A DNA stretch of 64,000 bases from Ostrea edulis (lineage: Eukaryota): contig NC_079170.1 of the NCBI RefSeq assembly GCF_947568905.1, forward strand, positions 81,282,001-81,346,000, read 5' to 3'. A program made the position numbers and the translations under genes. The notes under the pieces are model-generated. The model saw nothing but the letters and a program-made list of their open reading frames with translations, had not been told where the DNA came from and ran no database searches. This document shows, one piece after another, positions 53,224-64,000 of the stretch (position 1 is its first letter; each line of letters begins with the position of its first letter).

Positions 53224-54588
53224 GATAATTACCTTGAGATAATGGGAAAAGATAATTACCTTGAGATAGAAGTGACAGATAATTACCTTGAGATAGAAGT
53301 GTCAGATAATTACCTTGAGATAGAAGTGACAGATAATTACCTTGAGATAGAAGTGACTGATAATTACCTTGAGATAGAAGTGACTGATAATTACCTTGAG
53401 ATAGAAGTGACAGATAATTAATTACCTTGAGATAGAAGTGACTGATAATTACCTTGAGATAGAAGTGACTGATAATTAATTACATTTTGAGATAGAAGTG
53501 ACAGATAATTAATTACCTTGAGATAGAAGTGACAGATAATTAATTACCTTGAGATAGAAGTGTCAGATAATTACCTTGAGATAGAAGTGACAGATAATTA
53601 ATTACCTTGAGATAAAAGTGACTGATAATTAATTACCTTGAGATAGAAGTGACTGATAATTAATTACCTTGAGATAGAAGTGACAGGTAATTAATTACCT
53701 TGAGATAGAAGTGACAGGTAATTAATTACCTTGAGATAGAAGTGACTGATAATTACCTTGAGATAGAAGTGACTGATAATTAATTACCTTGAGATAGAAG
53801 TGACTAATAATTACCTTGAGATAGAAGCGACAGATAATTACCTTGAGATAGAAGTGACTGATAATTACCTTGAGATAGTAGTGACAGAAAATTACCTTGA
53901 GATAGAAGTGACAGATAATTAATTACCTTGAGATAGAAGTGACAGATAATTACCGAGAGATAGAAGTGACTGATAATTACCTTGAGATAGAAGTGACAGA
54001 TAATTAATTACCTTGAGATAGAAGTGACAGATAATTAATTACCTTGAGATAGAAGTGACAGATAATTAATTACCTTTTGAGATGGAAGTGACAGATAATT
54101 ACCTTGAGATAGAAGTGACTAATAATTACCTTGAGATAGAAGTGACAGATAATTACCTTGAGACAGAAGTGACTGATAATTACCTTGAGATAGAAGTGAT
54201 TGATAATTAATTACCTTGAGATAGAAGTGACAGATAATTAATTACATTTTGAGATAGAAGTGACAGATAATTAATTACCTTGAGATAGAAGTGACAGATA
54301 ATTAATTACCTTGAGATAGAAGTGACAGATAATTAATTACATTTTGAGATAGAAGTGACAGATAATTAATTACCTTGAGATAGAAGTGACAGATAATTAA
54401 TTACTTTGAGAAAGAAGTGACTGATAATTACCTTGAGATAGATGTGACAGATAATTAATTACCTTGAGATAGAAGTGACAGATAATTACCTTGAGATAGA
54501 AGTGACTGATAATTACCGAGAGATAGAAGTGACAGATAATTACTTTGAGATAGAAGTGCCTGATAATTACCTTGAGATAGAAGTGACA
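53224..54588 (-). repeat. 27/31-bp minisatellite (about 45-48 copies) containing the exon end and 5' splice site
   Basis: Minus unit TGTCACTTCTATCTCAAG|GTAATTATC. Confidence 0.95.
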
Positions 54589-54687
54589 GAGACCCATTTC
54601 CCCTGCAGAGTTGATTTCATTGTACACATTCTTCACTGAATATAACAAATCAGGTTCCAACATTGACCACACCTCCTCCAAATCCAG
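54571..54687 (-). CDS. GTF3C1: GTF3C1 exon (LDLEEVWSMLEPDLLYSVKNVYNEINSAGEMGLCHFYLK)
   Basis: Acceptor tattgcag|, donor AAG|gtaatt, 117 nt, phase 0/0; INSAGEMG resembles recalled human IDASGCFG. Confidence 0.78.
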
Positions 54688-57600
54688 CTGCAATAAAAAT
54701 ATCATAATTCAAGCTCAAACAGATTTTTTTTCTTCTCCTTTCTCATAAGGACAGGGACAACTTCCTCTAAATGATCACAAATGTTATCTTTATACACGAT
54801 TTTACATTCTTTATATACTTTCTTTAAAAAAATCTTCAATGCATTGAATATTGAAGAAATTAACTATAATGTTTACAAATTTGTATCATACCCATGAGGT
54901 TATTGTAAATCCTATATATGACAATTACATATTTAGAACATAAAATGAAACTATTCAGCATAACCATCAATATCAAAACAATACCAAAACATCTACAACC
55001 TTGGCAGACTTCTATAGTTTCTAGAAAAATACGAAAGCCTGTATATTCCGGAACTAGACTACATCAATGCTATTGTTCTTTTGAATTAAGAAATATCACT
55101 GCATCACATGTATACTTATTCTTTAAATATGGAAAAACCCTCTTCCAAAATCTTTCAGATTTTGTGTAATTCAATGTTACCAACATCACCCACATCCGTG
55201 TACAACACGTCCAAGTTATAAGTATTCATACACAAACATACCTCAAAAGGAACAAATTTCTGCAAGCTTTTGATTATTTTTGTAGTCTTCTGTTTACTAT
55301 AAGGAATGCCCAGCAGAGTCAGATCTACATTGGTCTTCCCCGCCCTCTCAGCCCCACCCCTCTCTGCCCCGCCCCTCTCAGACAAGCCAAGCTTAAGCTG
55401 ACACGCCTGGATCAGGAAATTGTCCTGTATGTTGTAGTGCCGTAAGTTCTGATCCTGTTCCGCACACGACCTCCTCATTGTAACGAGAGCCCGGGAGGCA
55501 CACATTGAGGTAATTTTTGACCAGTCTTTTCCCTTTTTGCTCTCCTCCAGATTAGGGTCCTTCAGAAATCGAAGGGTGCAGTTCTTGTCTGAGGTAAACT
55601 GCAGGATGGATTTTCCGTCCTCGTCGTAAACATAGGGTGAGGGGCCGTCAAACTTTTTCTGGGACTTCCATGTCTTTTCCTGTTCCATGACACATGGTCT
55701 AATTTCTCTTTGATCTGAAAGAACCATAATTATACCAATAGCAATATGTATTAATCAAACTTTATGCCCCACAGTACAGCGACATTAAAATTGTACCTTA
55801 ACCTTAATGAATAACATTGAATTCTATCAGTCACAATGACCAAAAGCAATATGCCCCTGATCTTTGAGACATAAAAAAACACAATCTAATGACCTTACCA
55901 AGCTCAAATGGATAATCCTCATCGTCTGAGTCTAGAGTTGCCTGTAGGCGTGCTCTCTTTGCAAGAGACATCTGAGGGTTGTATCCCCTACCATGCCTGG
56001 CCTGCGGGTCCAGAATAACAATATCTGGGGGGATCTCCACATCAATGGTCACCTGAAAAAGACACCCTAATTCAGTCCTGATGACGTCTACATTGCAAAC
56101 AGTTCCTAGTGACATTTAAAGTGTTCCATATGCATGAAGCTTACATTTGTAAAATCACTTGTGTAAAACAAATTCATGACTACACAAAAACAATCCCCCC
56201 CCCCCCCCCCCCACATATACACTCAAGTTATGGCATATTGCTATTGATATAAACAATTTTTTTTAAATTTAAAAGTAACTGCAATATCAGATAATGTGAT
56301 AATTGTCTGGCATATGTCAGCTAATGTTGGCATGCTAAAACTTTTTGGCATTTTGGCAGATGTGGAAAATTCGCCAAATATGAAAGCTCCAAAATTTCTA
56401 TTTGACATATAAATGATATACTTGTTAAGGAAGTATGTTGCACCAGAGAAATTTGATATGGATGAAAAGTAGAGGATATGTACAACAAAATTTTGAAATT
56501 GAAAACTTTCATATTCACTTTATTTAGTCAAAAAATGCAGTTTCAATAGAAAGCAATCTAAAAAAAAATTAAAGTCCCTGGTGTATTTGAATCCGTGATC
56601 TACAGTTCAGCAGTCGACGTCCTAACCTACTAGGCTACTCAGCTAGGTGAAGAACTTTGAAATCAATAGAAAAATGTTGCTGATATTTATATTTTCATCC
56701 ATGTTTTAAAAGGAAGTCAGCCATTATGACGATGTAGAGCACCTCCTTAAAAGTAAGTGTTCCAAAAAATGAGGCAATGATATTTCAAACAATACTTTTT
56801 AGAAAAATCTGCGATATACGTGGGCATAACTCCCAGACAAAAAAATCAAATCAGAAATCACTGTGAATATGCATATCTACACATGAAATTCTATTCAGTG
56901 GCCTCAGAAGAGTTGTGCATAGACAAACTGTTTAAATAGTATATCTAATTTTGACCAAACCTTTGAGTTCAAAAGGGGCATAACTCCCAGAAGAAAAATC
57001 AAATCAGAATTTCCTATTTACATAGTATGTCCTTATTAACTACAAAGTTTCATAAAATTCTGCTCAGTTGTGCTGACAAGAACAGGATGGATGGACTGAC
57101 AAGTTGAATACAAATTAAATACACTCTGAAACTCATTGTGTGGGGTATAATAATTTGTCTGAATCTCACCTGTCTCATTGTGTGGGGTATAATAATTTGT
57201 CTGAATCTTACCTGTCTCATTGTGTGGAGTATAATAATTTGTCTGAGTCTTACCTGTCTCATTGTATGGGGTATAATAATTTGACGTCTGAATCTCGCCT
57301 GTCTCATTGTGTGGTGTATAATAATTTGTCCGAGTCTTACCTGTCTCATTGTATGGGGTATAATAATTTGTCTGAGTCTTACCTGTCTCATTGTGTGGGG
57401 TATAATAATTTGACGTCTGAATCTCGCCTGTCTCATTGTGTGGGGTATATTAATTTGTCTGAATCTCGCCTGTCTCATTGTGTGGGGTATAATAATTTGT
57501 CCGAGTCTTACCTGTCTCATTGTGTGGTATATAATAATTTGTCTGAATCTCACCTGTCTCATTGTGTGGGGTATAATAATTTGTCTGAATCTCACCTGTC

Positions 57601-60600
57601 TCATTGTGTGGGGTATAATAATTTGTCTGAATCTCACCTGTCTCATTGTGTGGGGTATAATAATTTGTCTGAATCTCACCTGTCTCATTGTGTGGTGTAT
57701 AATAATTTGTCTGAATCTCGCCTGTCTCATTGTGTGGGGTATAATAATTTGTCCGAGTCTTACCTGTCTCATTGTGTGGGGTATAATAATTTGTCTGAAT
57801 CTCGCCTGTCTCATTGTGTGGGGTATAATAATTTGTCCAAGTCTTACCTGTCTCATTGTGTGGGGTATAATAATTTGTCCAAGTCTTACCTGTCTCATTG
57901 TGTGGGGTATAATAATTTGTCCGAGTCTTAGCTGTCTCATTGTGTGGGGTATAATAATTTGTCCGAGTCTTACCTGTCTCATTGTGTGGTGTATAATAAT
58001 TTGTCTGAATCTCACCTGTCTCATTGTGTGGGGTATAATAATTTGTCTGAATCTCACCTGTTTCATTGTGTGGGGTATAATAATTTGTCTGAATCTCACC
58101 TGTCTCATTGTGTGGGGTATAATAATTTGTCTGAATCTCACCTGTCTCATTGTGTGGTGTATAATAATTTGTCTGAATCTCGCCTGTCTCATTGTGTGGG
58201 GTATAATAATTTGTCCGAGTCTTACCTGTCTCATTGTGTGGGGTATAATAATTTGTCTGAATCTCGCCTGTCTCATTGTGTGGGGTATAATAATTTGTCC
58301 AAGTCTTACCTGTCTCATTGTGTGGGGTATAATAATTTGTCCAAGTCTTACCTGTCTCATTGTGTGGGGTATAATAATTTGTCCGAGTCTTAGCTGTCTC
58401 ATTGTATGGGGTATAATAATTTGTCTGAGTCTTACCTGTCTCATTGTATGGGGTATAATAATTTGTCTGAATCTCGCCTGTCTCATTGTGTGGGGTATAT
58501 TAATTTGTCTGAGTCTTACCTGTCTGTTGAGAAGCAGCAGTACTAGGGAGGAACACAGGCCTCCACTCTGCATGTCTCTGATCTCCATTTTAGTGAAACT
58601 GTCTTTACACGACCTTTGAAAGTCCTTGATGGTATTTAGACAGTTGCCAAATATGGAGGTGGGATATCGTGAATGAAATCTGTAGTGGTATCTATAAAAC
58701 AAGAAAATGTCCAGGTACAGTGATTCTGTTTGTTTTATAACATTTGTTGTCTTTGTATTCAAGAATTTTCCCCTCAGGTATCAACAGTTTTAGGTGAAGT
58801 GCCTACATTTTAACCTATCAGATATTGACATTTTCAAATGAAGTGCCTACATATTAACCTATCAGATATCGACAGTTTCAGATGAAGTGCCTACATATTA
58901 ACCTGTCAGATATCGACAGTTTCAGATGAAGTGCCTACATATTAACCTATCAGATATCGACAGTTTCAGATGAAGTGCCTACATATTAACCTATCAGATA
59001 TCGACAGTTTCAGATGAAGTGCCTACATATTAACCTATCAGATATCGACAGTTTCAGATGAAGTGCCTACATATTAACCTATCAGATATCGACAGTTTCA
59101 GATGAAGTGCCTACATATTAACCTATCAGATATCGACAGTTTCAGATGAAGTGCCTACATATTAACCCATCAGATATCGACAGTTTCAAATGAAGTGCCT
59201 ACATATTAACCTATCAGATATCGACAGTTTCAGATGAAGAGCCTACATATTAACCTATCAGATATCGACAGTTTCAGATGAAGAGCCTACATATTAACCT
59301 ATCAGATATCGACAGTTTCAGATGAAGTGCCTACATTTTCACCCATGCATTGCAATCAAGGTTGGAGCAGAGAAGATTCCTGCCCAACGTGACATGGGGC
59401 CTTATTTTCAAGGTCAAATCCAAAAGACCTGTGACTTTCCTGCTACATAGTAAATGAAATGCAGGTTTCATTATCACAGTATACAACCTTCGCTTCACAA
59501 CAGAGATGAAGGCTTGGGTTCAGTGTTTTTATCCCAGCTCTGCATCAAACCTAAGACATGACTGATCCTAAAAGGCAAACAACTGCTCAACATGACACTG
59601 TGTGAAAATTACTTAATGATTTCTAAGTAATGACACGTTGAGACATTTACTAACGTAATGACACACTGAGACATTTGGCATGCAATAGTACCTCTGTGCC
59701 AATTTGATGTTCTTTATTCCAGAATCGATGAATTTGCTGCCATCTTTCTTCTATAAAGAAAATGTGGAGATATAAAAAAACAAAATATTCACATAAGTTC
59801 ACATCCACATTTTAACCCTGTAAACGCATGCTTTCTCTAAACAGTATTCAGTTCTGGGTTGTTTCTATGATTTTTTGAAATGGTAAGCTACACAATACAA
59901 TTAACTTTGTTACTGACAATGAGATGGTCCATTCTCAGACTCTCTATAACACTGCCTTTTCATCTGACCTACTGACCTTGTTTTTCACGATGAGACCGTC
60001 CATCCTCAGCCCCTCTATGGCACTATCTAAGATGCTGTCTGGGTACTGACTTAAAAGTCTAAACATCTGGTGGCTGCGGCCCTGTTTGTCCGAAGCACTG
60101 GACACATAACTCTGTTTATAAAGATAAGATAATTCTTAAATGTGGAACCTTTATAGATCAATATACTGCACTACCATAACAGTAGTGATATTTCATACAC
60201 ACACAACCATACTACCCACAAACACACACACACATCACCCCATAATTACAATGAAGATTACACACAGTACATGTACCTCATGGATGAAAAGACACTTCAC
60301 AAATATAGTAATCAAGATATGCATGATAATCAGCCAACAGAAATATCCTGGCTGCACAATTTCATTTTCATATACAAACATTGAGGACATATTTCAGAAG
60401 AATCTTTGATCAGGTTGGGATGTTTATTCATTACAATAAAACAAGTACGCCTAGGATTGTAGTGTTTACATAATATGCAAGGGGGTCGTGTCAAAAATCG
60501 ACCCTTTTTTTTTTAACCAGGCAGATTTGACAAAACAGGAATATGTGATTCTAGGAGATGTATGTGTTTACTAGTGTATGAAACCTCCCTGAGGACAAAC

Positions 60601-62954
60601 CCCAGGATCTGGGGACAGCTGTCTACTTACATGTAAAATCTCCTTGAGAACATACTCCAAGATCTGGGGGCGGCTGGTGGGTTCCTTGGGGGTGGCTGTC
60701 TTTTTCAGATTGAACTGTGTCCCACAGGTGATGTCATAATCATTTAGGCGTGACAGCGAGGCTGGTATGTAAGTCTTCTTAACTTTCACTTTTCTACATA
60801 AGAACAACAAGAAAGTTGTCTTAAAATACAATTACAAGAGGCCCAGAGACCACAACACTCACCTGAGTCACCTTGTTTTTCTCTCTCAGAGATAGGACTC
60901 TTAAAATCTTGTAACCCTAAGTGTGACCTTATATTTAGCTGCATTACCCCCCTTGGACAGAAAAGTTAAATCTCTTAACAAGAAGAATGTCAGAAGTCTT
61001 GTTGAAAGTAGCCTAGTCATGTTGGGTAATTTGATAATGTGACAAATGAAAGCCGAATCAAACAGACAAACTTCAATCAGGAAAGGTAATTTGTGAAGAT
61101 GGATACGATTAACACTGAAGATCATAAGATCATTATTGTAAATTCGTCGACAGTAACTTACGAGAATTTATTGATGAGATACTCTACTAGAACATGAAAT
61201 TCCTTGACGGCGTGCTCCGAGGCCTGCAGGTATTGCTTCTCAGAGAACTTCTTAACAAACTGAAAAACAGAGAGTCCAGATTTAAGGACATACTTAAGAG
61301 TAAGGAATGAAAAGTAATGGCGCTGTCTCCATCCTGTTCCTCAGAAACACACAACTTCAGGCCTGGATTTCTCAAAAGAAAAGTCAAAACTTGGACTTAA
61401 GTCTGAGATTTTACTCAAATTTTGACTGCTCAAATAAATAAAAACTCTACAGCTAAACCTGTCCTTTCAGACACCTGTGTAGTTCATTACATTGTGAATT
61501 CTGACCCTTTTTTCATTTGGAATTATTTTTCTCTCTTTATGCAGAGCAATCCAACACCCTGTATACACCAACACAGACTTTTGCTCCCCGAGCACGTCCT
61601 GCGACACAGGTTTCACTCTGGTGAACCTTCAGTGATGAGATTTTAGATAAGGCACGTATACACTGTACCATTGTGTGAAATAATTAAATCCAATTCATTA
61701 TTATGCTGTATAGTTTTCAATCTTGCTGTGTTGACAGACTTCATGTGACAATTACATTACAGAAATTCAAACTTATCGTCAAACACAGTGCATTTCTTGC
61801 CTATAAACAAGCCTGCCTCTTAGAATAAACCAAACTCACATAATTAAAAACAAGGACTTGTGTAATGTATAGTATCTGAGAGGAATATCAAATGTCAAAT
61901 TGATTTACAATTAACACTTCGGCGAATAAAACCTCAGGACTTCATTGTTTTGGACTCTAGTCCTTACCAGATCCTGCATGGCCTCTGAGAGGTACCAAGA
62001 CTTACCGGATCCTGTATGGCCTCTGTGAGGTACCGAGTCTTACCGGATCCTGCATGGCCTCTGAGAGGTACCAAGACTTACCGGGTCCTGCATGGCCTCT
62101 GAGAGGTACCAAGTCTTACCGGATCCTGTATGGCCTCTGAGAGGTACCGAGTCTTACCAGATCCTGTATGGCCTCTGTGAGGTACCGAGTCTTACCGGAT
62201 CCTGCATGGCCTCTGAGAGGTACGAAGTCTTACCAGATCCTACATGGCCTCTGAGAGGTACCGAGTCTTACCAGATCCTGCATGGCCTCTGTGAGGTACC
62301 GAGACTTACCGGATCCTGCATGGTTTCTGAGAGGTACCGAGACTTACTGGATCCTGCATGGCCCCTGAGAGGTACCGAGTCTTACCAGATCCTGCATGGC
62401 CTCTGAGAGGTACTGAGACTTACTGGATCCTGCATGGCCTCTGAGAGGTACCGAGACTTACTGGATCCTGCATGGTTTCTGTGAGGTACCGAGTCTTACC
62501 GGATCCTGCATGGCCTCTGAGAGGTACCGAGACTTACTGGATCCTGCATGGCCTCTGAGAGGTACCGAGACTTACTGGATCCTGCATGGCCTCTGAGAGG
62601 TACCGAGACTTACTGGATCCTGCATGGCCTCTGAGAGGTACCGAGACTTACTGGATCCTGCATGGCCTCTGAGAGGTACCGAGACTTACCGGATCCTGTA
62701 TGGCCTCTGTGAGGTACCGAGTCTTACCGGATCCTGCATGGCCTCTGAGAGGTACCGAGACTTACTGGATCCTGCATGGCCTCTGAGAGGTACTGAGACT
62801 TACTGGATCCTGCATGGCCTCTGAGAGGTACGAGACTTACTGGATCCTGCATGGCTTCTGAGAGGTAGACCATCAGGTTCTGTTTGGTGGTCGGGTTCTT
62901 TAGTGAGTGAGTTACTCTTCTCTGACAGGCACAGGAGGTCTTGTCCACAGAAAC
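54571..62954 (-). CDS. GTF3C1: General transcription factor 3C polypeptide 1 (TFIIIC220), 3' part; join complement(62841..62954,61162..61259,60631..60793,59977..60111,59692..59750,58520..58691,55899..56052,55242..55714,54571..54687)
   Basis: Nine exons with GT-AG introns and matching phases give a stop-free peptide. It matches recalled human GTF3C1 motifs in order: DKTSCACQRRVTHSLKNP..VYLSEAMQD ~ DKTS..RRARYIVKNP..VCLAEVYQD; MFRLLSQY ~ TFRLYREY; YHYRFHSRYP ~ YYRIFTWRFP; GGLCSSLVLL..VTIDVEIPPDIVILD ~ GGNCVAVLTL..ISVDVRIPEQIIVVD; DNFLIQACQLKL ~ DSIVVNSCQMKF. Similarity is from memory, not a search. Confidence 0.87.
55242..55714 (-). CDS. GTF3C1: GTF3C1 exon (QREIRPCVME...SMCASRALVTMRRS...DNFLIQACQLKLGL...KFVPFE)
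   Basis: Acceptor tctttcag|, donor |gtatgt, 473 nt, phase 1/0. Confidence 0.85.
55899..56052 (-). CDS. GTF3C1: GTF3C1 exon (VTIDVEIPPDIVILDP...DSDDEDYPFEL)
   Basis: Acceptor tttttcag|, donor |gtaagg, 154 nt, phase 0/1. Confidence 0.85.
56429..56746. mobile_element. Kolobok-like TTAA MITE with an internal tRNA-like segment, in a GTF3C1 intron
   Basis: ttaa|ggaagtatgttgcacc ... gatgtagagcacctcc|ttaa. Confidence 0.65.
57132..58525 (-). repeat. 42-bp minisatellite (about 33 copies) containing the 5' splice site
   Basis: Minus unit AGACAG|GT(A/G)AGA(C/T)TCAGACAAATTATTATACCCCACACAATG. Confidence 0.96.
58520..58691 (-). CDS. GTF3C1: GTF3C1 exon (YHYRFHSRYPTSIFGNCL...GGLCSSLVLLLLNRQ)
   Basis: Acceptor ttttatag|, first donor CAG|gtaaga, 172 nt, phase 2/0. 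Confidence 0.85.
58793..59337. repeat. 44-bp intronic minisatellite, about 12 copies
   Basis: cagatgaagtgcctacatattaacctatcagatatcgacagttt repeated. Confidence 0.96.
59692..59750 (-). CDS. GTF3C1: GTF3C1 exon (KKDGSKFIDSGIKNIKLAQ-R)
   Basis: Acceptor ctttatag|, donor |gtacta, 59 nt, phase 0/2; bridges the flanking exons in frame. Confidence 0.78.
59977..60111 (-). CDS. GTF3C1: GTF3C1 exon (SYVSSASDKQGRSHQMFRLLSQYPDSILDSAIEGLRMDGLIVKNK)
   Basis: Acceptor ataaacag|, donor |gtcagt, 135 nt, phase 0/0. Confidence 0.85.
60631..60793 (-). CDS. GTF3C1: GTF3C1 exon (KVKVKKTYIPASLSRLNDY...ILEYVLKEILH)
   Basis: Acceptor ttatgtag|, donor |gtaagt, 163 nt, phase 2/0. Confidence 0.85.
60834..60873 (+). 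mobile_element. Solo 5' end of the HINE family seen at 26501 and 39566
   Basis: acaagaggcccagagaccacaacactcacctgagtcacctt. Confidence 0.55.
61162..61259 (-). CDS. GTF3C1: GTF3C1 exon (FVKKFSEKQYLQASEHAVKEFHVLVEYLINKF-S)
   Basis: Acceptor tttttcag|, donor |gtaagt, 98 nt, phase 0/2. Confidence 0.82.
61962..62867 (-). repeat. 38-bp minisatellite (about 24 copies) containing the last 27 exon nt and the 5' splice site
   Basis: Minus unit TACCTCTCAGAGGCCATGCAGGATCCA|GTAAGTCTCGG. Confidence 0.96.
62841..62954 (-). CDS. GTF3C1: GTF3C1 exon (VSVDKTSCACQRRVTHSLKNPTTKQNLMVYLSEAMQDP)
   Basis: Acceptor tttacag|, donor |gtaagt, 114 nt, phase 0/0. Confidence 0.85.
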
Positions 62955-63112
62955 CTGTAAAGTTATGTCACACAATGATACAAAGCTTCCATGTCTCATT
63001 TAGTAATTTAACATCACAACATCATGAACTCAATATGATGTATCAAATTCCCACTTCTACTTTCTAAAGAGCTGAATAATTTCTTTAAAGTGATATTTAA
63101 ATCTAGTATTGT

Positions 63113-64000
63113 CATGACACTGAACACATACAAGTAATATCATCACATGACACTACACATACAAGTAATATCATCACATGACACTAAACACCTACAAGTA
63201 ATATCATCACATGACACTGAACACCTACAAGTAATATCATCACATGACACTGAACACCTACAAGTAATATCATCACATGATACAATGTACTACACATACA
63301 AGTAATATCATCACATGACACTGAACACACACAAGTAATATCATCACATGACACTACACATACAAGTAATATCATCACATGACACTGAACACCTACAAGT
63401 AATATCATCACATGACACTGAACACATACAAGTAATATCATCACATGACACTGAACACATACAAGTAATATCATCACATGACACTGAACACCTACAAGTA
63501 ATATCATCACATGATACTACACATACAAGTAATATCATCACATGACACTGAACACATACAAGTAATATCATCACATGACACTACACATACAAGTAATATC
63601 ATCACATGACACTACACATACAAGTAATATCATCACATGACACTACACATACAAGTAATATCATCACATGACACTGAACACATACAAGTAATATCATCAC
63701 ATGACACTGAACACATACAAGTAATATCATCACATGATACTGAACACATACAAGTAATATCATCACATGACACTGAACACATACAAGTAATATCATCACA
63801 TGACACTGAACACATACAAGTAATATCATCACATGACACTGAACACCTACAAGTAATATCATCACATGATACTACACATACAAGTAATATCATCACATGA
63901 CACTACACATACAAGTAATATCATCACATGATACTACACATACAAGTAATATCATCACATGACACTACACATACAAGTAACATCATCACATGACACTGAA
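63113..64000. repeat. 31/33-bp minisatellite running off the window end
   Basis: acacatacaagtaatatcatcacatgacactga repeated. Confidence 0.96.

Noticed and set aside
57050-58762. 570-aa ORF as a standalone repeat-protein gene
   Set aside because: Only 58520-58691 is a GTF3C1 exon. The rest is a stop-free 42-bp minisatellite, and the opposite strand is also open for long stretches, as expected for repeats.
60901-61125. ORF as the next GTF3C1 exon
   Set aside because: It would need a 47-nt intron; the 60631-60793 exon fits the phase and homology instead

Overview
AT-rich, repeat-dense eukaryotic genomic DNA, most likely from a bivalve and probably an oyster (Ostreidae). This is inferred from the repeat families: a 166-bp HindIII/Cg170-like satellite inside pearl/HINE-type elements, Deu-domain SINEs, Penelope-like 3' ends and TTAA-flanked MITEs. 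The one well-supported gene is the 3' half of GTF3C1 (TFIIIC B-box-binding subunit) on the minus strand. Nine exons between 62954 and 54571 join in frame through canonical GT-AG introns, and I could not find the expected last exons. The rest is SINEs, HINE/Helentron-like elements, Penelope-like fragments, Kolobok-like MITEs, Crypton-like palindromes and many minisatellites. There is no rRNA, no true tRNA gene and no CRISPR array. Highlights: (1) a 351-bp tandem unit with two intact minimal type-I hammerhead ribozymes (retrozyme/Penelope pLTR-like), sense to and just downstream of the last GTF3C1 exon. (2) Three GTF3C1 introns that begin with minisatellites whose monomer straddles the exon/5' splice site, giving dozens of tandem donor sites; one array is fully in frame. 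(3) An A/B cassette array separated by loxP/FRT-like 11+8+11 sites, with cassettes in both orientations (shufflon-like). (4) A 428-bp spacerless palindrome. Family assignments come from recalled motifs, not database searches.
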